DNA of 64,000 nt from Candidatus Cloacimonadales bacterium (GTDB lineage: Bacteria; Cloacimonadota; Cloacimonadia; Cloacimonadales; JAIOQZ01): contig OY762463.1 of assembly GCA_963665815.1 (NCBI GenBank), positions 2,016,001-2,080,000 of the forward strand. The letters are read 5' to 3'. The notes under the pieces were generated by a model, which worked only from the letters and a program-made list of their open reading frames with translations, had not been told where the DNA came from and ran no database searches. Made by a program: the position numbers and the translations under genes. Of this stretch, positions 11,601 to 19,683 are shown piece by piece; the stretch's first letter is position 1; every line of letters begins with the position of its first letter.

Positions 11601-11695
11601 TTCTGGTCCTGAACTTTGTTTTTCCCGAAATTAATACAATTTAACGCTGCTATAGATATTAACAGCATCATAATGATGATTTTTCTTTTATGCAT
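8654..11695 (-). CDS. Peptidase-MA-like / TolB-like (PD40) / BamA-TamA barrel outer-membrane protein
   Basis: Signal peptide, HELTH..WFSEG zincin motif, WSPD/WFPDG propeller repeats, IRGY and ELRYP barrel motifs, terminal Phe. Confidence 0.8.
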   Translation of the reverse strand: MHKRKIIIMMLLISIAALNCINFGKNKVQDQKMEWSMIKTMHFDIYFKKDAEEFGKIATLMSENAYYYLKQNFKKPIMYRIPVIFYDSHTAFESTNIIYPLLSEGVGGFTEHEKNRVVVPFDGSYVKLEKVLIHELTHAYDKAMQSSSRSSMYSVGNGSLPFWFSEGLPEHLSIGGNTVYNNMFIKDMIINDYLIPLDYVGGYYAYREGEAFLNFVREKYGSETVMDFYYTLLTMNDIDAVCEKVFSLKFEDVQKQWRIYEKKNSLELLKKFTLPFENFEKRTDHKKTEANMNVAPRISPLGNKYAYFSNRNLRTGIWESTVLGIKKDKKLITGEINGSIEEFHFQRNNISWFPDGKRFAFVGKTSRGDYIYIFDSEKKKIINEIILSEFSNIYEIDVNHEGNKIAFSGQKNMATDIYVYDINSKQIQQLSNDRYDDSAPRWSPDDAKIVFTSERYLNSIPVDSLHVFYAMTDNIFYFDFADSNFYSVTTDDYRNFAPMWTADGKSILFVTEREDIANYDLVNIETGKRASVTRSLTGIMNGDIGNDDNLMVFSSFFDNGWNIYIYESPLDSLEYFDYKIPQEFLFQDDFEEKFKIDRYKYYGFKEREFKKKRPDYSNRNVTTISFRKEAHSDSVADSHNSRIDSKPDSISKPPVPEPYKLKFSLDRFWGGMGYSSSLGAVGYIQFSMSDLMGDHGLGVRTGINGTFKNSDLILNYIYRPHRIDYGFGIIHFYDEDNIDIYRRYPGSTYYIKTEEVQEIEKEFGVYSLISYPFNKFWRIDMENYILKRREEYRVTDLYHYEDPVTFVDKIEDELYMPQFRLVHDNVLYASTGPIQGWRGICLVNRNFSKEFEHSTGYLDLRKYFFFAKRFAIAGRFVGAASFGKNPQEFTLEGYEGIRGYTVPDDEDDDARFKTMATLELRYPFVDYLQLGFPLPITLQNIRGSLFADVGSVWDEWDDFRGYKEDKLHDLVFGFGFGPRVGLGFITLKLDIAWTSDFQETTKPGYYFSLSPDF

Positions 11696-11763
11696 AGTAC
11701 CTGCTTTAATTACAATTTTTTATAAGATAAGACTGCTTCAGATGTACAAATATCTATTTTATA

Positions 11764-12666
11764 TTAAAATACACTGAATTTAAGATATTTCTTCGGATTT
11801 TTTTTGATATCTTTCACAAGAGAATCAAGAGAATTCACAGATCGGAACATAGAGTCATACATTTCCTTGTCATTAATCATATTTGATATTGAGTTATCTC
11901 CACTATCAATCTTTGTGGATATGCTGGACACTGTGTCAGTAAGATCTCCAACTTTTACAATCAGTGTTTTCATTTCAGATAAATTTGCACTTAATGAATC
12001 AACTATTGAATAAAACTCGTCCTTATTGTCTGCTGTTATTGTTTTCAGCATAACGGTCAATTCTGATATATTACTGATGGTTTTTTCTATAGATCCTTCA
12101 TTCTCAGACCAGAATATCTTCAACGCCTTTGCAATATCTTCCGTATTAGAACCAATATTTTCAAGCTTTGTCAATAATCCCTTATCGCCGGACAGATCAT
12201 TCATCATATCTTCAAATTTATCAGCAATTACAGATGCCTTATTCACAAGTTGCCCAAAACCCTTTCGTGTATGTCCGGAAATTAAGGTTTTGGGATTAAT
12301 TCCTTTACCTGAACTGCCTTGAATTATCTCAATTTCATGACCTTTCATTATACCTGAGTCCTGATTCCAGAATTCAGTATCCCAGGTTACAGGATATTTA
12401 TTGTCTACCATTACATCAGCAATAATGCCATTTTTACCAATACTCAGTTTGTTGACTTTCCCAACTTTCAGACCGTAAAGCTTAACCGGATCACCCGGTT
12501 CCAGTCCATTTGCATGCTCAAAATGCACCTGATAACTGTTATAGTGTCTTGACATAAACATGTCATTAAGCCAGAAATATCCTGCAATCAGTATAATACT
12601 GCCAATTATAGCGAACAATCCGACCTGAAACTCAATCTTGTTCTTATCTCTATAGAAAACACTCAT
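11764..12666 (-). CDS. MlaD/MCE family protein
   Basis: N-terminal TM; ANGLEPGDPVKLYGLKVGKV MCE motif; helical tail ending DIKKNPKKY. Confidence 0.9.
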   Translation of the reverse strand: MSVFYRDKNKIEFQVGLFAIIGSIILIAGYFWLNDMFMSRHYNSYQVHFEHANGLEPGDPVKLYGLKVGKVNKLSIGKNGIIADVMVDNKYPVTWDTEFWNQDSGIMKGHEIEIIQGSSGKGINPKTLISGHTRKGFGQLVNKASVIADKFEDMMNDLSGDKGLLTKLENIGSNTEDIAKALKIFWSENEGSIEKTISNISELTVMLKTITADNKDEFYSIVDSLSANLSEMKTLIVKVGDLTDTVSSISTKIDSGDNSISNMINDKEMYDSMFRSVNSLDSLVKDIKKNPKKYLKFSVF

Positions 12667-12690
12667 ATTCTCTACCTGTTATCAGTTTGA

Positions 12691-13956
12691 TTAAAATTCA
12701 AGCTGATGTCTTTTGTATAACATTTTGCCTTTTTTGAAAACAGAGTCCACATTGTTTGAACCAAAATGATAAGGAAGAAACTTATAGGAAGGCATATCCA
12801 TTATAAGAATATCCGCATATTTCCCAACCTCAAGAGATCCGACTTTATCTCCAAGCTCCACAGCATGCGCAGCATTAATTGTTGCTGCGGTAATAGCTTC
12901 TGCAACTGTCATTTTCATCTGTAGCGTAGCCAGTGTAACAACAAACTGCATACTATCACAATTGCAGCTACCCGGATTATAATCTGTTGCCAGAGCTACA
13001 GGCAATCCTTCTTCTATCATTTTTCTTGCTCTTGCATATTTTGAAGAACCAAGACTGAATAGTGTTCCCGGTAATAATACTGCAACAACACCTGCCTTAC
13101 TCATCTGTCTTATACCTTCATCAGATGCTGCACCGAGGTGATCTGCCGAAACAGCTTTCATTTCCGCAGCAAGCTCAGCACCACCGATCGGTTCAATCTC
13201 ATCGGCATGCATTTTAATTTTCAATCCAGCCTGCTTTGCCGCATTGAGTATTATTCGTGATTCCTCAATTGAGAAAACATGATCTTCTGTAAAAATATCA
13301 CAATAATCAGCAAGTCCCTGTTCAATAACAGCAGGAATCATTTCATTTATCAGTATATTAATATATTCTTCATGGTTATCTTTATATTCTACCGGATATT
13401 CATGTGCTCCCAGAAATGTACTTTTAATGTCAATCGGAAGGGCTTCTTTCATAGAGTTAATAACTTTAAGCATTTTGAGTTCACTCTCTGTTGTAAGTCC
13501 GTATCCGCTTTTTGCTTCGATAGATGTTGTACCATATTCTATCATTCTTTTAACACGTTTCATTGCAAGCTCAAGCAGAAAATCTTCGTCAGCATCTACA
13601 ACAGCCTTAATGCTGGACCTGATTCCACCTCCACTCTGAGAAATTTCCACATATGATTTTCCCATTACACGCATTTCAAATTCGTTTTCACGTGTGTTAA
13701 CAAATACAGGATGTGTGTGAGGATCAACAAATCCCGGCATGACAACTTTGTTGTCAGCATCTATTATTCTATCTGATGTATACTTAGCGAGAATTTCTTC
13801 TGTTGTCCCAATAGCCGCAATAAGCCCATCATTAACGGCAACTGCACCATTTTTAATGATGCTGAGATCATTCATATCCTTACCGGCTCTTGGTGCAGGC
13901 GAACCACTTAATGTCAGCAGTTCTCCGGCATTCTTTATAATCAAATCAATTTTCAT
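12691..13956 (-). CDS. hutI: Imidazolonepropionase
   Basis: PGFVDPHTH, EAKSGYGL, FLGAH, HADE, SADHL, ATDYNPGS. Confidence 0.97.
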   Translation of the reverse strand: MKIDLIIKNAGELLTLSGSPAPRAGKDMNDLSIIKNGAVAVNDGLIAAIGTTEEILAKYTSDRIIDADNKVVMPGFVDPHTHPVFVNTRENEFEMRVMGKSYVEISQSGGGIRSSIKAVVDADEDFLLELAMKRVKRMIEYGTTSIEAKSGYGLTTESELKMLKVINSMKEALPIDIKSTFLGAHEYPVEYKDNHEEYINILINEMIPAVIEQGLADYCDIFTEDHVFSIEESRIILNAAKQAGLKIKMHADEIEPIGGAELAAEMKAVSADHLGAASDEGIRQMSKAGVVAVLLPGTLFSLGSSKYARARKMIEEGLPVALATDYNPGSCNCDSMQFVVTLATLQMKMTVAEAITAATINAAHAVELGDKVGSLEVGKYADILIMDMPSYKFLPYHFGSNNVDSVFKKGKMLYKRHQLEF

Positions 13957-14217
13957 TATTCCTCCATTATCAAAACGACAGAAAAACGATTATATAGCAA
14001 GATTTTTTTTGTTTTGTACAGATGACTGACAGTTATCAGGTTTAATGTATAGTTTTGGAATTATAATTGCATCTATTTATAGTCATTGATGCATAATTGT
14101 ATCAATAATAGAATTGTCATTAAGTAAAGTATCATTGAATCGACAAAAAAATGATGATATTCTTGACAATTTATGCATATTCAAGTTTAGTATACATTGT
14201 ATAAAAATGGAGGTATT

Positions 14218-14934
14218 ATGCTTTCAAGAATAGCTTTGATAATAATATTTCTGAGTTTGCTTACATTATGTACAGCAGAGAACCTCAGTATTATAGAAAT
14301 TCAGAAAACCATAGATCCGGGAGTAGATTATACATATCCTTCTATTCACAAAGGTGAAACCGTCACTACAGAAGGAATAGTAACCTCTCTTGGCGGATCT
14401 GACAATTCTGTTATTTATTTATCAGAATCTCAGGGTGGTTACTGGAGTGGGATAGCAGTAGACATTTCCGGAACAGGGAAAAGTTTTACTGTGCGAGATA
14501 AAATAAAGATTACAGGTGTTGTTGAAGAGCGATTTGGTATGACAGTGGTGACCAATCTCTCAGAAGCAAAACTTCTTTCTTCTCACAATCGTCTACCTCA
14601 ACCGGTGTCTGTTACTGCCTGTGAAGTAGCAAAAGAAGAAGCTCTGGAATCATCTTTTGTCAGACTTAGAAACAATACTGTTGTAAGTTCTGCTGATAGC
14701 AGGATTATTGTTAAGGATGGCACCGGAGAATGTTCTGTCAGAAATTCTCTTGTTGATTTCTCATCTGTTTCCGGAAAACTGAAAGAAGATCTTGATGTAT
14801 CAATTTCCGGAATAGTAACATACAGCTTTGGTGAATTCTCTGTTCAACCACGTTTTGTTACAGATATTACAGTTCAGAGAATGCTTAATAACTCCAAGAA
14901 CTCCTGGGGACGTGTTAAGTCATTATACAGATAA
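14218..14934 (+). CDS. Exported protein with tandem OB-fold-like domains of the extracellular-nuclease-associated type
   Basis: GGAGG RBS before ATG 14218; signal peptide; GETVTTEGIVT..WSGI..ITGVVEERFG; paralogous to the C-terminus of 34586-36163. Confidence 0.65.
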   Translation: MLSRIALIIIFLSLLTLCTAENLSIIEIQKTIDPGVDYTYPSIHKGETVTTEGIVTSLGGSDNSVIYLSESQGGYWSGIAVDISGTGKSFTVRDKIKITGVVEERFGMTVVTNLSEAKLLSSHNRLPQPVSVTACEVAKEEALESSFVRLRNNTVVSSADSRIIVKDGTGECSVRNSLVDFSSVSGKLKEDLDVSISGIVTYSFGEFSVQPRFVTDITVQRMLNNSKNSWGRVKSLYR

Positions 14935-14976
14935 TTATTTTAGAAAAACGATATAAGAAGATATTTTGGAGGTATC

Positions 14977-15369
14977 ATGAAAAAATTTTTTGGTAAATTA
15001 ATCCGATTCATCATCATTTCTGTTATAGCTTATTTCTTTTACAAATTCTACAAGAGAGCTAAAGCTGTTAAGAATATGAGTAAATCATTACCACTTTTCC
15101 TTAAAAACACTCTCGGTGAAAAACCGGAACTTTCAATTAACATGAATTTCAATAAAGTTGAAATCAAACTTGGTCTCCCTGCTGAAATACTTGAAGGTGA
15201 CGAAGATATCGAACAACTTGTTGAAGAATACATTAACGACTTCTATCCTGCTTTCAGTGGAATGCATATCCTCATTGGGACATACGAAACAGATGCTGCA
15301 ACTGAAGAATCTGAAGAGGAAACAGTTGAAGAAGAAGCTCCGGCAGAAGAAACCAAAACAGAAGAATAA
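14977..15369 (+). CDS. Hypothetical membrane-anchored protein with acidic tail
   Basis: GGAGG RBS, N-terminal TM, Glu-rich C-terminus. Confidence 0.75.
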   Translation: MKKFFGKLIRFIIISVIAYFFYKFYKRAKAVKNMSKSLPLFLKNTLGEKPELSINMNFNKVEIKLGLPAEILEGDEDIEQLVEEYINDFYPAFSGMHILIGTYETDAATEESEEETVEEEAPAEETKTEE

Positions 15370-15559
15370 GAAGATTTTTTGCAGTTCTCAGGTTAAAACC
15401 TGACTCTAATTCATAATCCATGGTTTCTATGTTCAAGAGATTAAAACAGTTAGTATTATAATTTTAAATAAAATGACTTGACACAGGTTGCTCTCCTTTA
15501 GAAAAGGGATATTCAATATAAATTATATTTTAAATTAAATACACTGAAGGAGATGTGAC

Positions 15560-15856
15560 ATGACAAAGGCTGATTTAGTAAGAATAATTTCTACAGAAAC
15601 TGGAATTATCAGAAAAGATGTTGCTATAGTAGTTGATACTTTTTTAGAAGCTGTTAAAGACAGCATGAAAGATAACAACCATATTGAAATCAGAGGTTTT
15701 GGTACATTCAAACTTAAAGTAAGAAAACCAAGAATCGGACGCAACCCAAAAACTGCTGATAAAGTTCCTGTTCCTGAAAGAGTTGTACCAACATTCAAAT
15801 TCTCAAGAGCTTTCAAAGACGAAATTGCTGACTCTAACAAAGACTTGATAAAATAG
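15560..15856 (+). CDS. HU/IHF family DNA-binding protein
   Basis: MTKADLV, IEIRGFGTF, GRNPKT, PTFKFS. Confidence 0.95.
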   Translation: MTKADLVRIISTETGIIRKDVAIVVDTFLEAVKDSMKDNNHIEIRGFGTFKLKVRKPRIGRNPKTADKVPVPERVVPTFKFSRAFKDEIADSNKDLIK

Positions 15857-15865
15857 GGAGGTTCG

Positions 15866-15958
15866 ATGCCTTGTGGAAAGAAGCGAAAAAGACATAAAAT
15901 TAATACTCATAAGAGGAAAAAACGTCTTCGCAAAAATCGTCATAAAAAGAAAAAATAA
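15866..15958 (+). CDS. 30-aa basic ribosomal protein, bS22/mS38-like (AURKAIP1/COX24 family); absent from the ORF track
   Basis: GGGAGG RBS; translates MPCGKKRKRHKINTHKRKKRLRKNRHKKKK. Confidence 0.88.
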   Translation: MPCGKKRKRHKINTHKRKKRLRKNRHKKKK

Positions 15959-15975
15959 TTAGCTAATTATAGATA

Positions 15976-16000
15976 GGGCAGGATTTTTTCCTGCCTGTTT
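15976..16000 (+). terminator. Intrinsic terminator between convergent genes
   Basis: GGCAGGA-loop-TCCTGCC followed by TGTTT. Confidence 0.6.
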
Positions 16001-16004
16001 ATAA

Positions 16005-16982
16005 TTATTGAACAACTCCTATCTGCTCACCCATCTGAATTTTCACTTCCAGTTTTTCCAGCGTTCTTCTGATTAAATCCTTATCCGGCTGTACAGTTCC
16101 TTCAGGGAATAATAATACAACTGTCGATCCACCAAAATAGAAATATCCCTTTTCATCACCTTTTTCAACATAGTCATCAGGAATATAAGTCTGCTCTATA
16201 CCGCCAACCATCGTTGCTCCAACATCAATATAAGCATATCTCCAATTCTTGTCCGTATCAACAAGAGTAATCTCGCGTTTATTCTGTACAAAGACTTCTG
16301 CAACTTTACGTAAAGCAACTGGGGATACTGAAAAATAATCACCATCTATTTTGCGTGCCTGATCAGGTACACCGGGATAAGGGAAATGATATCTGTGATA
16401 ATCCACCGGTGCAAGCCTGACAATATACATTGTTCCGTTATCGAACTCATTTGCCAACTCTGATGAGCCTAAAAATTCCTCGAGTGTAAAATCCAATCCT
16501 TTCATGAAAAACTTGTTCTCAGGCTTTATATGAGTGAACACAAGTATCTTTCCATCTGCCGGCGATACGATAATGCTGCTGTCCGGATTGACAGGTCTGA
16601 ATTGAGGTTTAATCTTACGTGTAAAGAACTCGTTGAATGACTTATAGTCCTGCTTTACATACTGATACATTGGAATATCATACTGCCTGATAAATGGCTG
16701 AATAAGTGATACTGACTCAGGATCATCCATTTTCTTACCATAGTATTCGGAAATAAACTTTCGCTTTGCAAGAGTATGCAGTGCAATAGAACCAAAAGGA
16801 TCATTGTACAGCCATTGAATCCATTCCTGCTTGTAAACAGCTTCTGTTTTAATGTCATCACTGTTTCTCAAAACATAGTGTATTGGTTTAAATGTTCTGG
16901 AGTTTGTTGATACAAATGCTGAAGCTGAAATTATTATTATAAGGCTGATTAACACAGTAGATATAATTTTTATTTTTTTCAC
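16005..16982 (-). CDS. psd: Phosphatidylserine decarboxylase proenzyme
   Basis: SFNEFFTRK, SPADG, RLAPVDYHRYHFP, FGGST self-cleavage motif. Confidence 0.95.
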   Translation of the reverse strand: MKKIKIISTVLISLIIIISASAFVSTNSRTFKPIHYVLRNSDDIKTEAVYKQEWIQWLYNDPFGSIALHTLAKRKFISEYYGKKMDDPESVSLIQPFIRQYDIPMYQYVKQDYKSFNEFFTRKIKPQFRPVNPDSSIIVSPADGKILVFTHIKPENKFFMKGLDFTLEEFLGSSELANEFDNGTMYIVRLAPVDYHRYHFPYPGVPDQARKIDGDYFSVSPVALRKVAEVFVQNKREITLVDTDKNWRYAYIDVGATMVGGIEQTYIPDDYVEKGDEKGYFYFGGSTVVLLFPEGTVQPDKDLIRRTLEKLEVKIQMGEQIGVVQ

Positions 16983-17298
16983 AGATTTCCCCCTGTCTTA
17001 GGATAATCAAATACTATGTATTTTCTTATTGAAAGTCAATTCATTTTATATACACAAGCTGAGATACTCTCAGATAGAACATGTTATTATATTATATATC
17101 TATGAATTATTGTTATTGTCAAATCCAGTATTTTATGATTTGGAAAATTGTCAATACTTAACATCGTAAGAGCTTTATACATAAAATAAATAACAGTTAT
17201 TCCCTACATAGCCTACGACTCTAAGATAATTTATGGCAACCCAAATCGAAAAAATTTTCAATTCTTCCCCTATTCAATAGAGGGAATTTTAAAAAGGA

Positions 17299-17327
17299 AA
17301 GCCTGCTGAAAATAAATCAGCAGGCTT
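17299..17327 (-). terminator. Intrinsic terminator of the membrane-protein operon
   Basis: 11-bp stem AAGCCTGCTGA/TCAGCAGGCTT with T-rich tail on the minus strand. Confidence 0.75.
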
Positions 17328-17355
17328 ATAATTATATATTTCAGGAAAACCTGAA

Positions 17356-17952
17356 TTATTTTATGAAACCGAGCCAGTCTCCCATAAGGAACTGGATACG
17401 ACCAATAAGTAATGAGATACGTGCCATAACGGTGTAACCGAAGGATGCACCGAAACCGATCATCATGTACCATACACCAATTTTGGTTACTTTTCCGTAA
17501 AGTCCTGAATGAGCTTTAGAGAAGTAGAAGTACATGAGGATTGTAATTGTACCGATGAATATAAGTACTGTATTAAGGTTTTCAAATGGAATCATAGCTG
17601 TACGCATCTGTACGAGAACTTGAGAGTTCATTGACAGCGGAATAGACATACCGGTGATAACCATAAAGAAAACGATCGGGTATCTTGATAACCAGTTCAG
17701 GTTTTTACTGAATCTGAAAAGGAAAAGAATACCGATGATTGCAGGTATAATCATAATGTAATTATGCATTACGAAAATTGGTTTGTATACGAATGGAATA
17801 AAAGAAAGTTCCCATGCAAGTGGAATACCATATCCCATTGAAACACCGACGAAAAGGTGTTCAGCGAATTTATAGAATGGATTATCCTTATAAAGGAATG
17901 AGAATATACACAATGTTAAAAACGCTGCTACCCAAACTCCAAATCTTTCCAT
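17356..17952 (-). CDS. Conserved hypothetical multi-TM membrane protein
   Basis: About 6 TM helices; YKDNPFYKFAEHLFVG and GFGASFGYTVMARISLLIGR. Confidence 0.85.
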   Translation of the reverse strand: MERFGVWVAAFLTLCIFSFLYKDNPFYKFAEHLFVGVSMGYGIPLAWELSFIPFVYKPIFVMHNYIMIIPAIIGILFLFRFSKNLNWLSRYPIVFFMVITGMSIPLSMNSQVLVQMRTAMIPFENLNTVLIFIGTITILMYFYFSKAHSGLYGKVTKIGVWYMMIGFGASFGYTVMARISLLIGRIQFLMGDWLGFIK

Positions 17953-17964
17953 TATTTTCCTCCT

Positions 17965-19047
17965 CTATTGTTGTTCTTTCTGCTCTTTACGCTTTTGAAT
18001 GAAGAAACCAATGTTACCGAGTATAATGAAAACAATAATCATTATGTGAGCAACATTCTGTGCATTCATACCGATACGGGCAGTTTTAAACTTGTAGAGT
18101 AAATTCGGGTCATCGATTCTAACGATTGTAGATTTAGCGATTTCCTTGGAAAATTCTCGAGGTTTTGGGATCAATTTTACATCTTTCATAATTACGGTAC
18201 CTGATTTATCTAGAACATCATTGTTATCGTTAATCACGTAACCTTTCTGCATTGAGCTTCTCTTACCATATTTATCTTCAACGATAAGATTACCTTTATC
18301 ATCTCTGAGTTTATTTGAAGCAAAAACATCAACAAGTTTTTCGTACTCAGCGGCACCTTTAAGTCCGCCAAAAATACCTACGAGCTGACCTGACTGGATG
18401 AATGGGTAGGCATCGGCTGCCATCACAGCAGTGATACCGGCCGCAACATTGGCTCCGAATTTTGATCTTGCATAAGTGATCCAACCATATCCGAAACCGG
18501 AAGCTGAAAACTCAATCACAAGATTAAGCTCATTGTAGTTTTTGATACCTTTCATGATATCGAGGTTATCAAGTTTTTTACCTTCTGCGTCAGTTTCAAC
18601 AGCTTCAGCAATATCATCACCCATACCAAGAATAATAGGCATGTAAAGTGCACCCGGTTTGTAACCAATATTACAATAGTCTCTACCGGACTGGATGTCA
18701 GGGAATTCTTCTTTAACAGTATTAATTGCATAATCAATCAGAGGAGCTGCAGCAGGAATAAAAGTAAGAGTGAAAACTTTTACATTTCTTTCAAAGCAGT
18801 GTCTGAGAACAGCAATTTCCATTGGAAGAAGTTCCGCTGTTGTGGAAGCATCGTGTTGGAAAGTAAGAAGGATAGCACGATCATCTCTACCTGAGAATGA
18901 GTCTATCATCTTATAAATATTTTCAACAGGTTCTGTTGTATAAGTATTTGAGTGGAATGTTTTCAGGAATGGAACAATAATACATATTGCAACAACAATA
19001 TATATATATCGTCTATCCACATTTTGCAGTTTATCGAAAAAATTCAT
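17965..19047 (-). CDS. Conserved hypothetical membrane-anchored alpha/beta protein
   Basis: GGAGGAG RBS before ATG 19047; N- and C-terminal TM; GQLVGIFGGLKGAAEYE. Confidence 0.85.
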   Translation of the reverse strand: MNFFDKLQNVDRRYIYIVVAICIIVPFLKTFHSNTYTTEPVENIYKMIDSFSGRDDRAILLTFQHDASTTAELLPMEIAVLRHCFERNVKVFTLTFIPAAAPLIDYAINTVKEEFPDIQSGRDYCNIGYKPGALYMPIILGMGDDIAEAVETDAEGKKLDNLDIMKGIKNYNELNLVIEFSASGFGYGWITYARSKFGANVAAGITAVMAADAYPFIQSGQLVGIFGGLKGAAEYEKLVDVFASNKLRDDKGNLIVEDKYGKRSSMQKGYVINDNNDVLDKSGTVIMKDVKLIPKPREFSKEIAKSTIVRIDDPNLLYKFKTARIGMNAQNVAHIMIIVFIILGNIGFFIQKRKEQKEQQ

Positions 19048-19048
19048 T

Positions 19049-19675
19049 CTAGTCTCCTCCACCTAAATAGGTTCTCTCAATTCCAAGTATAACTTTGAGA
19101 GAAGTTGCAACCATACCGAGTCCCACACCAAGTGCGATTCCTCTTTTAGCTGCCAGGTTTGGAACGTTAAGAATCCAGTTTGTAGCTTCCGGTAAACCAA
19201 TATTAAGTGCTTGACCGATAGAAACACGACCGAGCATCACAATAATTGCAGCTACGAGAAGTACAGTAGCTTCGGGAGATCTTGCACGGAATGCTTTATA
19301 TGCAGCTGAAGCAATATAGAATGCGAGCAGTGAGAAGATTGTTGCCCCCATTGGAAGCTGAATATTTTCGAATATCCACATATATGGAGTACCGTCTTCT
19401 CTACCCCAGGCGAAACCTGCAACTGCTGTTCCAAGCAGACCAACAATTGTTACAATACTGTAAGGCCAGTTATTGGCTCTTCTTCTAATTTTTGTCACAT
19501 GTACATGAAGAAGTGAGAATATCCCGAGTATAACTCCAAATGGAGAAGCGGCTTTAACCCATTCTCTGTACCAGACATTGTAGAAATCCTGAGATATTTT
19601 ATGGGGAATAAATGTATGTGCCACAAAAAGGAAACCCAGAACAATAACTATAATTAATGGTATTTGTCTTTTCAT
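19049..19675 (-). CDS. Conserved hypothetical multi-TM membrane protein
   Basis: About 6 TM helices; FSLLAFYIASAAYKAFRAR, LGIERTYLGG. Confidence 0.85.
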   Translation of the reverse strand: MKRQIPLIIVIVLGFLFVAHTFIPHKISQDFYNVWYREWVKAASPFGVILGIFSLLHVHVTKIRRRANNWPYSIVTIVGLLGTAVAGFAWGREDGTPYMWIFENIQLPMGATIFSLLAFYIASAAYKAFRARSPEATVLLVAAIIVMLGRVSIGQALNIGLPEATNWILNVPNLAAKRGIALGVGLGMVATSLKVILGIERTYLGGGD

Positions 19676-19683
19676 TTAATCTC

